From IMG/VR virus record IMGVR_UViG_3300042868_010802: DNA of 64,000 nucleotides; one strand, 5' to 3'. Of the stretch, positions 37,301 through 45,287 are shown one piece after another. The position numbers and the translations under genes are program-made. Position 1 is the stretch's first letter; each line of letters starts with the position of its first letter. This DNA comes from an uncultured virus (IMG/VR IMGVR_UViG_3300042868_010802) (taxonomy: Duplodnaviria > Heunggongvirae > Uroviricota > Caudoviricetes). Under the pieces are notes generated by a model. It was not told the origin of the DNA, searched no databases, and saw only the letters and a list, made by a program, of their open reading frames with translations.

Positions 37301-38792
37301 CCCACCCGTATTTTTGGCCAATTTTCATTAGTTTTTCTTCAATTTGATCGGGTGTGAATTTTATTTTACTGCCCATGAATTCTTCAGGATCAACCGTGCC
37401 GGGCATTGGTTTGCCATTGTATGTAACACCTTTGATTTTCTTTGAAGGACGTTCGCTGGCATAACTGACTGCCACATACCCGTTAACTGGGTTGGGAGTA
37501 GATTTCTGTATGTTCCCCATCATCTTTTGAAAACGTGGGTCATCTGTTGCAGCCTCCGCTACACCTTGATCCAATTGGGCCCAAGTTTTTAAATTTTCTT
37601 TTAACTGAACTGGGGTCAATGTACATATTTCATGTTTGAGTTCAATTTGAGTATTGGGATCTGTTATATATCTACTTTGTTGTCTGGCTTCTTGTTCAGT
37701 ATCAAATTTAGCAACAGGTTCACCATTGAGATACAAAACAAATTTCTTATTTTGTTGATTTGATCCGGTTACAGATTCATTCTTGGCTTTGGCACGACCC
37801 GATTTCATATTAGCCATCCAATGTGCCAGTTGTCCTTTGCGACCACCTTGTTTAGCTACTTTGCGTAGAGTGCTCACACTAGCTTTGGTAGGTACACCAT
37901 GTCGTTTAGCATCACCTTTGTCTTCGGGATTCCGACCATCAGCAAAATTTTCTGCAACTGTTTTCTTAACATAGTTAGCAGCCACGGTGACAACATCGCC
38001 CACTCGGACTGCACCTTTTTTGCCAGGCACCGGTTCGGCCTGTGCAATTTGAATTTTTAACTTGCCGCTGGGTGTGACATCTTTTACTACTCCGATCAAG
38101 GTTTCAAAGTTACCGTAATTTTTTGTCAAGTCGAGCTTGGTTCCTACTGCAATGGATTCGGTTATGGCCTGTGACAGTTTGTGTTTCATTATGTCATGCA
38201 CATGGCGATCATATGCTCCAAACAGGTCTTTGACAATGGCCTGTTGAGTTGCTTCATCAGCTTGTGCAAATTGTGCACGAACTTCTGTGGCTGACTTCAT
38301 GGGTTCGCCCAACACAGTAAAATTGAATGTGGGCACAGTCATAATGTAACCATGCATTTCAAAAGGTTGCATATCGTTGACATTTTTTGGCATTTGTTGA
38401 AAATAAGTGGGACTACCATCTTTTTTGTATCCAAACTTGAATCTAGGATCTTCTGCCATGTCTTTTTCGCTGACCGCAAGAACAAGTCTTGTAGTTTTGG
38501 GATTGTATTTTTGAACTATTTCCAAGGCACGATACGGATCGCGTGTTTCAACTATCCGATCGGCACTGATGCCGGTCAAGTGCATAAACTGTTGTTTTTC
38601 ACTGAACGTAAACGGGCTACGAGGTGGATCTACTTTGTTGCTGGTGGCAATAAAAACATTGTCACGACCGTAGATTTTTGTCAAATAGTCATAGACCATT
38701 TTATGGCCTTTGTGCCAGGGTTGGAATCTTCCTGGATATACAACCAGTACGGAACTAGGGTCCTGTGCTTCAAATAATTCAGTTATGTACAT
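34380..38792 (-). CDS. Large modular polyprotein-like protein (1470 aa): N-terminal HxGH nucleotidyltransferase, ParB/Srx-like module, DUF5661-like module, six QGVAE-type linkers
   Basis: YPGRFQPWHKGH; PPLVV.DGQL.DGAHRL; G..VELEHT.D...A.EIALDHL.E.PDYY. Confidence 0.8.
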   Translation of the reverse strand: MYITELFEAQDPSSVLVVYPGRFQPWHKGHKMVYDYLTKIYGRDNVFIATSNKVDPPRSPFTFSEKQQFMHLTGISADRIVETRDPYRALEIVQKYNPKTTRLVLAVSEKDMAEDPRFKFGYKKDGSPTYFQQMPKNVNDMQPFEMHGYIMTVPTFNFTVLGEPMKSATEVRAQFAQADEATQQAIVKDLFGAYDRHVHDIMKHKLSQAITESIAVGTKLDLTKNYGNFETLIGVVKDVTPSGKLKIQIAQAEPVPGKKGAVRVGDVVTVAANYVKKTVAENFADGRNPEDKGDAKRHGVPTKASVSTLRKVAKQGGRKGQLAHWMANMKSGRAKAKNESVTGSNQQNKKFVLYLNGEPVAKFDTEQEARQQSRYITDPNTQIELKHEICTLTPVQLKENLKTWAQLDQGVAEAATDDPRFQKMMGNIQKSTPNPVNGYVAVSYASERPSKKIKGVTYNGKPMPGTVDPEEFMGSKIKFTPDQIEEKLMKIGQKYGWDSIDPGHGQGYDELYFDTSAEYTSATQRQLAVNIVKTVNEIDKFFNEINRSLQATGLPGYKVNVWQGMGENGNINQHEDLSHITNIAKGQTAKPDAGPAIGKMILKHLPSYEAENDELGYDPQAFTMAKAIANTYITQGERAGLEAQGSKIAGNLSVSDMIDELLSDAGASGLRTIWTLDEQGVAEATGDERFDSMMGQITGGAGARQGVDNLNKSLTARTGSDPETALAKFGQEFIKWLEDLCREFAKQGADRFNKLKKLSEFEDGGETMAHWLIDVAKQTKTSGITLADIQEFSSEFNTHGMWAWQMFPIAWSQNEWQDYKDQWTGPNGYIANLRHSPEQGVAEGSGEDPLDLSSDYALYIANAGRKMMTQLTNLSKKIQTDSAAAQNAKRWNLGDYMHQHYETDDLYAINQVFEEYGVGGFFDQNLYELLANWSSQGPEYVTTWKQYSGDVVKNSTRKPGAQSVHEQGVAEGFPQPGESSGKAKQFNPNAKVQTKEMTLDQILATVKGIPYVNNVVDDWDAKDYSWGVTKKVIEYAEYLQKNPQSVANLPPLVVIDGQLNDGAHRLSAINLLQKRMDPKNPLWKQVKLKVNFGTSADVAAEQGVAEGLEYADKLSGLVDLPVFNSSTNPNPSGVAKVVNTGDRIMVVMNVRGVNVPYYISTGQGGKASVPTGKWYPVFGVHSSGWLNKGGEDSINKFYGSKMLALNAGRLNNALGDLSSVEAQIPFMKKTGFAIINKDLQPMGHSEVSANPNAFKERVNSFLAKLGEGPYYTIDKPKEPGVAEGDENQYRRPSSIEAAKISQQTNAKLDPARSKFVWKRPNQIGGSFSEQDLVSKGFKKSQYNSWGGTQAMWNRLTTVGEQLDRPTPTAQQILDKHNLSVEDFIAQLRLGVKVELEHTKDAKIAYEIALDHLNERPDYYTVLARTGLEEAASGYIPTKAEKDDPRFKTALTVDVRPGTDKKNMRALRLIK

Positions 38793-38813
38793 AAAATGCG
38801 ATCAATTATTTAA

Positions 38814-38821
38814 TATTTATG
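38814..38821 (-). promoter_or_regulatory. T4-like late promoter motif CATAAATA (also at 9205, 12861, 34372, 63750)
   Basis: The same octamer sits a short distance upstream of several start codons; resembles the T4 late promoter TATAAATA. Confidence 0.7.
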
Positions 38822-38845
38822 GTTGTTTGTTTTTTACATGGCCAT

Positions 38846-38876
38846 AAAAAAAGACTGCACCTGGTGCAGTCTTTTT
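38846..38876 (-). terminator. Intrinsic terminator
   Basis: AAAAAGACTGCAC-ctg-GTGCAGTCTTTTT. Confidence 0.85.
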
Positions 38877-38891
38877 GTTGAATCAGCTGAG

Positions 38892-39791
38892 TTATGCTGC
38901 TGCCGGATCCAAAATCTTCTTGGTATCTTGTTCAACATCTGCACTGGTTGCAGATTTTTTACCAAATTGCGGCATTTGACTCAAATCACCTTTGTATTCA
39001 TAATGACCAATGTGATTCAACAGTACTTTACTGTGTGCCCATATTTCGCCGCCGGCTTTTTGCCATCTACGACAGAACAACCAGTCTTCACTTAGATAGT
39101 GTCCTTTTTCGTCAATACCCACATCAAATATAGCATACATGTTGGGTTCGTGTTCTTTGCCTAGTCCAACATCGTCCACATATTTTGTTTCTGGATGTAC
39201 TGCACATAGTTTTTCATATACCTGTCGTTTAAAGATCAAGAAGCCGGTGCCCATGGTGTCAACAGTAAACACATCACCTTGTATCTTGGTTTGTGGCAAC
39301 AAGTTGATCACATAGTTACTGGGGATGCTTTTCTTGGGATACAAGCCGCCGATGACTTCTTTTTCGTAAACCAGCATGTTGAAAATAGCTTCTGGTTCAA
39401 ATCTAATGTCTGCATCAATGAACATGAAATGAGTGGCAGCTTTGTTGCTCATCATTTTGGCCATCAAATTGTTTCGTCCACGTGTGATCAAGCTTTCGTT
39501 GACCATGGTGTCCAGGCTCCAGTGTAGCCCTACTCGCTGTGCCATCAACACAAACTTCAACAAGCTGGTCATTGTGGGCTCACTGACCATACCACCGTAA
39601 CAAGGAATACCGATATGCAGGTGTACCTTGGTAAAATCGTAAGGGGTTGCATTGGCGTTGGCAGTTTGCGGCTGTACAGGCTCGCCAGTTCGACTTTTCA
39701 TAAAATCGCTGATTCGTTGTACTACTTCGGTGGCAGTTTTACCAGGTAATTCTAAACTTGATTTTTCTGCGTCTGGGGATTTGTTATCCAT
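38892..39791 (-). CDS. GT-A fold glycosyltransferase-like protein
   Basis: IGIPCYGG, ESLITRGRN, FIDADI, GTGF..I.R, YLSEDW.FC.RW...GG.IW. Confidence 0.75.
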   Translation of the reverse strand: MDNKSPDAEKSSLELPGKTATEVVQRISDFMKSRTGEPVQPQTANANATPYDFTKVHLHIGIPCYGGMVSEPTMTSLLKFVLMAQRVGLHWSLDTMVNESLITRGRNNLMAKMMSNKAATHFMFIDADIRFEPEAIFNMLVYEKEVIGGLYPKKSIPSNYVINLLPQTKIQGDVFTVDTMGTGFLIFKRQVYEKLCAVHPETKYVDDVGLGKEHEPNMYAIFDVGIDEKGHYLSEDWLFCRRWQKAGGEIWAHSKVLLNHIGHYEYKGDLSQMPQFGKKSATSADVEQDTKKILDPAAA

Positions 39792-39813
39792 GTATATTTC
39801 TCCTTGAATTTGT

Positions 39814-40536
39814 TTATTGAGTTACTAATTGATCTACGGTACCAACCACGGCTGGTGACACCAGTCTTAACATGTCTATCAGCTTGGGATCGTTGACATA
39901 TACATAGCCGCCATGGAAATATTTATTATTGCTAGACAGCTGGCGTAATATATATTCTGTTACCTTTACTTCGGTATCTAAATTTTTTAAATACGTTGCT
40001 AATCCATGTCGTTCATAATATGATTGGAATCCTTCTCGTAATCTTACTTTGTACGGGTAAGTAGTGGGCTTTTTGATTATTGTATACCCTTGGTCCAACA
40101 AAGTCAATGCCGCATCTGATTCAACCAATGAAACTTCTATCAGACCAGACCGATAATTATCAAGCACACCAGTGGCCAGACTATACAAATTTTCTTGCGA
40201 TGTTGAATACATCATAATAGTCTCAGACTCTATGCGAAATTTATAATCACTGGATTTGACATTGTACAAGTTATAAAAAACGGTAAGCTGTGTAAGATCT
40301 GATTTTTTGTAATGTGGTCTGAACTGATAAAACCGATTGTACGTGATAGGGTTATCGACTCGATCGTTATACACCTCAATTCGAGCACCAAGCTCGGTCA
40401 AGTTCTTGGCATAGGTAATCAACCTTGCACCAGGAACACGATACGACATTTTGAACAAGAAAGTGTTGTAAAATTTCTTTTTGGTATAAGAAATAACAAC
40501 ACTTTGATTGAGGTTACTCCAGTCTGATGAATCCAT
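39814..40536 (-). CDS. Hypothetical protein
   Basis: 240-aa ORF. Confidence 0.7.
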   Translation of the reverse strand: MDSSDWSNLNQSVVISYTKKKFYNTFLFKMSYRVPGARLITYAKNLTELGARIEVYNDRVDNPITYNRFYQFRPHYKKSDLTQLTVFYNLYNVKSSDYKFRIESETIMMYSTSQENLYSLATGVLDNYRSGLIEVSLVESDAALTLLDQGYTIIKKPTTYPYKVRLREGFQSYYERHGLATYLKNLDTEVKVTEYILRQLSSNNKYFHGGYVYVNDPKLIDMLRLVSPAVVGTVDQLVTQ

Positions 40537-42823
40537 TTTCGTCCACAGATGTAGTAGCAGTGACTTCTAAAGGAAGATACAAATTGCACAGTGTTGCATT
40601 AAATGTCAACTCGTTGTTGACACAATCGATATTAATAATAGATCCGTTGTTGAGACTCTCGAAAAGAATTTTCTTACTGATAGGAACTTTGATCTTGTCG
40701 TTGATTGTTCGGGTCAAAGGTCTGGCACCCATTTTCTTATCAAAGCCTTTTTCAACCAGATAGTCAACAGCAGACTCAGTCAACCGAAGTTTGATTTGTT
40801 TGTCGCTGAGCAAATCATTGATTTCAGTAACAAACTTGGCAACAATCTTTTTCATACTAAACTGATCCAAATGCTTGAACTTGCAAATAGCGTCAATACG
40901 ATTTCTAAATTCAGGTTTAAAGAATTCTTTGACTGCTTTGTCGTCTTCTCCTGTGCGTTGCAGACTTTCACCAAATCCAATGGTGTTCTTTTCATTGTCG
41001 CTGGCACCCAAGTTACTGGTCATGATAAGAATACTGTTGCGAGCATCTGCTCTCTTACCGTTGCTGCCAGTGACAAAACCTTCGTCCATAAACTGCAATA
41101 GGATATTACTAACATCTGGATGAGCTTTTTCAATTTCATCAAACAGTATGATACAGTTGGGATTTTGTTCCAGTGAGCTGATCAACAGGCCGCCTCCCAA
41201 ATTACCGTCGTCATAACCTACGTAACCCGGAGGCGCACCAATCAACTTGGCCAGGCTGTGTTTTTCTTGGTATTCACTCATGTCATATCTTACCAATTTC
41301 ATACTGAGATTGGCACTCAACAACTTGGCCAATTCTGTTTTACCAGTACCTGTTGGTCCTAAAAACAAGAAGCTACCGATTGGTTTGTTGATGGACTTCA
41401 TACCAGCCTTGCTGACATAGATCTTTTCCAACACACTGCTGACTGCTTCGTCTTGGCCGTATAGATTTTGTTGTATAGTACTTTCCAGTGAAGTTAGTCC
41501 ACTGGTAGCTTCTGCACCAATCTGATCTACTGGAATTTTTGTAGCACGACTCAATGCTTCAACAATATGAGCCTTGGTAACAATAAAATTGTCAACTTGT
41601 CCGTCAATTATTTTTTGTTTGGCGCTGGCTGTGTCAATCAAGTCAATTGCTTTATCTGGCAACTTTTTGTCAGTTTGATAGCGCACACTGTAGTCAACTG
41701 CTGCATCAACTGCTTCGTCGGTGATCTGAGCACCGTGGAACTTTTCAAAGTTTTTACGGATACCTTTGAGAATCAGCTTTGCATCGGCTGCACTGGGTTC
41801 ATCCACTGTGATACGTTGGAATCTACGCATCAGTGCTCGGTCCTTTTCAAAGCTTTGAGTATACTCGTCCCAAGTTGTACTAGCAATGACCTTGATTTTG
41901 CCTTTGGTCAAGGCCGGCTTGATCATGTTGCTAAAATCAACGCTGCTGGAACTGTTGGATCCGGCTCCGCGCATTTGATGTGCTTCGTCAATAAACAGAA
42001 TAGTCTTGCCTTTAATAGTCAAGGCTTTGATGACATGTTGAAACTTTTCTTCGAACTCGCCGCGGTATTTGCTGCCTGCCAACAAGGTACCAATGTCCAG
42101 ATTGTAAACAGTGTAGCCTTTAAGATATTCTGGAACGTTTCCTTCTACAATATTTTTTGCCAGGCCTTCTGCCAGCATGGTTTTGCCAACACCAGGATCA
42201 CCAACCATGAGAATATTGGCCTTGTTGCGTTTGGCTAGAATATGACTCATTTCTTGCAGTTCGTTTTCGCGGCCAATGATTGGATCAATCTCGCCTGCTT
42301 CGGCCATGTCGTTTAGATTGGTACAAAATTCTTCCAACACTTCGTCTGCTTTTCCTGTATTTCCATTTGGTGAGTTAAGATCGTCGTCGGTGTTGAGTTT
42401 TTTGTATAGTTCAAATATTGTAGCACGATCAAGACGATATTTGAGCATAAAATATGCTGCATAACTATTGGTTTCAAGGCTGATACTCAACAGCAGATCT
42501 ACAATTTTGATTCTAGTGTGGCCATGAAACAAAACCTGCGTTAGTGCTCGATTAAACACTCGCTCCAGTGCTTGAGTTTTTCTAGGGGACACTGGTTCTT
42601 TTGAAATCAGCTCGGCTCGATTTTTAAGGTACTGGTCCAGATCAGTTACTAGTCCGTCAACATCAAAGTTTGATTTTCTAAGTATGTCCTTGAACGGACT
42701 ATATTGAAATATAGCCATAGCCAAATGTTCTAGAGTTACATACTCGTGTTTCAGTGTTCTTGCTGCTTCCCCAGCTTTTTGTATAATTTCTTCAATCTCG
42801 CCATTGGGTCTCATTTGTGGCAT
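40514..42823 (-). CDS. clpA: ClpA/ClpB-family AAA+ chaperone
   Basis: Clp N-domain; GDPGVGKT, KYRGEFEE, LPDKAIDL; second Walker A GPTGTGKTE; GAPPGYVG; GARPL. Confidence 0.93.
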   Translation of the reverse strand: MPQMRPNGEIEEIIQKAGEAARTLKHEYVTLEHLAMAIFQYSPFKDILRKSNFDVDGLVTDLDQYLKNRAELISKEPVSPRKTQALERVFNRALTQVLFHGHTRIKIVDLLLSISLETNSYAAYFMLKYRLDRATIFELYKKLNTDDDLNSPNGNTGKADEVLEEFCTNLNDMAEAGEIDPIIGRENELQEMSHILAKRNKANILMVGDPGVGKTMLAEGLAKNIVEGNVPEYLKGYTVYNLDIGTLLAGSKYRGEFEEKFQHVIKALTIKGKTILFIDEAHQMRGAGSNSSSSVDFSNMIKPALTKGKIKVIASTTWDEYTQSFEKDRALMRRFQRITVDEPSAADAKLILKGIRKNFEKFHGAQITDEAVDAAVDYSVRYQTDKKLPDKAIDLIDTASAKQKIIDGQVDNFIVTKAHIVEALSRATKIPVDQIGAEATSGLTSLESTIQQNLYGQDEAVSSVLEKIYVSKAGMKSINKPIGSFLFLGPTGTGKTELAKLLSANLSMKLVRYDMSEYQEKHSLAKLIGAPPGYVGYDDGNLGGGLLISSLEQNPNCIILFDEIEKAHPDVSNILLQFMDEGFVTGSNGKRADARNSILIMTSNLGASDNEKNTIGFGESLQRTGEDDKAVKEFFKPEFRNRIDAICKFKHLDQFSMKKIVAKFVTEINDLLSDKQIKLRLTESAVDYLVEKGFDKKMGARPLTRTINDKIKVPISKKILFESLNNGSIINIDCVNNELTFNATLCNLYLPLEVTATTSVDENGFIRLE

Positions 42824-42834
42824 GTATTACCTTG

Positions 42835-43671
42835 TTAAAATTTAAGTTGTTGTAGACGAGATAGCTGGTCGTCTGTCAATGATGTAGGAACTTGTAATGC
42901 TACTTCTACAAATAAGTCACCTCTTGTGGGATGATTAACGTCCCACAAGCCTTGGCCTGTAATTCTAAATCTAGAACCGTGTTGTGTTGCAGGAGGAACA
43001 TTGATTTCAAACTGTTTTCCGTCTAACCCTGTAACTGCTATTTTACTACCAAGCATGGCATCAATGCAATTCATTTTGGCAATCTTAGACAAATGAATTC
43101 CATTGGCTTGGAAGTCCCTGTGTGGTTTTATTCGAAATTCAATATACAAATCTCCGGGCTGTAGTGCTGCATTGGCATGATCTCCTGCCCCACCAAAACG
43201 CATCTGCATACCAGTTTGCACTCCGCGTGGAATCTTGACTTCGACCGTTTTAATTGCACCATTGGAATGAGTCACGTTGATATGATGAACTTGTTCAGTC
43301 AGTGTGGACTCTAAATCAATCTCAATACCCATTCTCAGGTCTCTATTTTTAACAGGACGGAATCCACCAAATGGATTCCCACCGCCGCCAAAATGTCGGA
43401 AAATATCATTGATGTCTCCTCCACCGAATCCAAAGTTAAAGTTGAATCCTGATGGATCTGCTCCACCACCGCCAAAATGTTTTTCTTGTTCCCACTGTGC
43501 TCGCTTTTGCGGATCACTCAGTGTGTCATATGCTTGTTGTATCTCCTGGAATTTGTTTTGATCACCGCCGCGGTCTGGGTGGTGCTGCATGGCCAGTTTC
43601 TTGTAAGCCTTTTTTATTTCATCGTTTGTTGAGGTAGGCTCAACCCCTAGGGTTTTAAAGTGGTCTTTCAT
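42835..43671 (-). CDS. DnaJ/CbpA-like co-chaperone without zinc finger
   Basis: J-domain HPD (HHPDRGG), G/F-rich linker, C-terminal domain; start trimmed to MKDHF. Confidence 0.92.
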   Translation of the reverse strand: MKDHFKTLGVEPTSTNDEIKKAYKKLAMQHHPDRGGDQNKFQEIQQAYDTLSDPQKRAQWEQEKHFGGGGADPSGFNFNFGFGGGDINDIFRHFGGGGNPFGGFRPVKNRDLRMGIEIDLESTLTEQVHHINVTHSNGAIKTVEVKIPRGVQTGMQMRFGGAGDHANAALQPGDLYIEFRIKPHRDFQANGIHLSKIAKMNCIDAMLGSKIAVTGLDGKQFEINVPPATQHGSRFRITGQGLWDVNHPTRGDLFVEVALQVPTSLTDDQLSRLQQLKF

Positions 43672-43739
43672 AGATATATTTACAAATAGAAAAAGGTATA
43701 GCAAATAATACTATACCTTTCCTACAAAGTCAAGAAGTA

Positions 43740-44504
43740 TTAGGCTTCGCCGTACATCTTTAGAACTTCAGCAACAACTGGGTGTCGTTGTACATCCTTT
43801 CTTGCAAAAGCAACACTGGCAATAGAAGAACTGCCGCTTGCTTCCAAACGATCAATAAAGTCCTTAAGACCGTTATCGGTTGCAAATTTTCGATCCAGCT
43901 GATTCAAATCCCCTGTGACTACCAATTTGGATCCTTCGCCGAGACGTGTGAGACACATTTTAACCTGATTTATTGTTGCATTTTGCGCTTCGTCGAATAT
44001 TATGAAGCTTCGTTTAAAGGTTCTGCCTCTCATATATGCTAGGGGAGATATCTCAATTTTTTGTTCAGCTAGCATATAAGCGATCTCTTTTTGGCTGTAG
44101 TATTCACTGAATACATCCATCAATGGACGAGTCCATGGCGCCATCTTTTCATTCAGGTCTCCTGGTAAAAATCCATGCTCTTCTTCTTCCACACCTACTG
44201 CGGGTCTGGTGATAACAATTTTGCTAACTTGGCCTTCTTTATAGGCTTTGATAGCTGCAATCACAGCCAGCATTGTTTTGCCTGTTCCGGCAGGACCGGT
44301 TGCAAAAACGATTTGTTTTTTGGGGTTAACTAGTAGATCAATATATTCTTCCTGTTTTAAAGTTTTGGGCAACAGCGTCACTGGTTTCTTGATTTGAACA
44401 AATTGATTGATTCCAATAACATTATCTCGTGTCTCCATTTGGTTATGATTGCGACGATCGTAACGTTCACTTCGGCTTGATTGCGCTTTGCGTTTTGCTG
44501 ACAA
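43740..44504 (-). CDS. phoH: PhoH-like ATPase
   Basis: GPAGTGKT, GFLPGDL.EK, RGRTF, DEAQN, TRLGEGSK, GD..Q.D; TTG start after AGGAG. Confidence 0.95.
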   Translation of the reverse strand: MSAKRKAQSSRSERYDRRNHNQMETRDNVIGINQFVQIKKPVTLLPKTLKQEEYIDLLVNPKKQIVFATGPAGTGKTMLAVIAAIKAYKEGQVSKIVITRPAVGVEEEEHGFLPGDLNEKMAPWTRPLMDVFSEYYSQKEIAYMLAEQKIEISPLAYMRGRTFKRSFIIFDEAQNATINQVKMCLTRLGEGSKLVVTGDLNQLDRKFATDNGLKDFIDRLEASGSSSIASVAFARKDVQRHPVVAEVLKMYGEA

Positions 44505-44717
44505 ATTGGTTACTCCTAATTTTTGTTGCATTGTGTGCTTGAAACATTGGCTGCACATTGGTATTTAAGAACCACCAGTCGGGTGATTTACTAGTAGATT
44601 AATTTTTTTACAACGGACTAAGTATTAAGCTGTGCTCAACACAGCTTCCGGGTGGCTAAATAAGTTAACAGCACTTTTAACTCTAAAAAATGCTAAATAA
44701 TCATAACTGAGAACATT

Positions 44718-45287
44718 ATGACTACCCACGTTAAAGATATTATAGACAACGTCAAGAACCTTTATACTACCACTAGTTCACTAGAAAGTCTGATGGACTT
44801 TGAACGAGTCCTAGACGAACTCGACACATATGTGTTTGCCAACTGGAGCAAAGGTGAATTAGTAGAAGGCCCAGTCTATGACAAATATTTTGTAACTTGT
44901 ACATTCATGTGGCCTTACAGACTCATGCCAGATCCAAGAGGCGGAGAGCGCCTGTTGGACTACAAATGCGAAGTTTCCTACAAAAAAGAGTCTTTGTTTT
45001 ACTCTGTTGACGTCAAAGACTACAACGATTTTGAAGACAACACTCATGTTCCCAAGACTGCAAAAAAACCAATTTGGTTGGTCACTATTACTATCCCCAA
45101 GCAACTGATGCGCGACATACACCAAGGAAGCCTGGAACTTGAAGCAGAAACCATAGACATTGAAGATATCGAACAAGCCTACGAAGTGGGCATGGGCGAC
45201 GATGTGTACAAGCAAAATGAAGACAACAATGAACAACCGTTACAACAATCACCAACTTTCGCCGCGCCTGCAGCACCAGCTTTCTAA
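44718..45287 (+). CDS. Conserved hypothetical phage protein
   Basis: L.DFERVLDELD.YVF.NW..GELV.GP...MPDP.GG.RL; CTAAATA upstream. Confidence 0.8.
   Translation: MTTHVKDIIDNVKNLYTTTSSLESLMDFERVLDELDTYVFANWSKGELVEGPVYDKYFVTCTFMWPYRLMPDPRGGERLLDYKCEVSYKKESLFYSVDVKDYNDFEDNTHVPKTAKKPIWLVTITIPKQLMRDIHQGSLELEAETIDIEDIEQAYEVGMGDDVYKQNEDNNEQPLQQSPTFAAPAAPAF

Larger units (their letters stand above)
31156..37571 (-). repeat. Dispersed ~20-bp in-frame repeat, 14 copies (coding consensus GAGCAAGGTGTGGCGGAAGG)
   Basis: Copies start (+ coordinates) at 31156, 31369, 31639, 31804, 32002, 32242, 32626, 34072, 34942, 35473, 35878, 36262, 36742, 37552. Confidence 0.92.

Noticed and set aside
31156..37571. The 20-bp repeats as a CRISPR array
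   Set aside because: Spacing is irregular and long (165-810 bp within genes), the repeats are in frame inside ORFs and not palindromic, and no cas genes are in the window.
30846..38792. Diversity-generating retroelement or shufflon
   Set aside because: No reverse transcriptase, template/variable repeat pair or recombinase is in the window, and all repeats are direct rather than inverted.
25002..42823. Inteins in the DNA polymerase or ClpA
   Set aside because: Lengths are normal and no intein splice-junction or LAGLIDADG blocks were seen.
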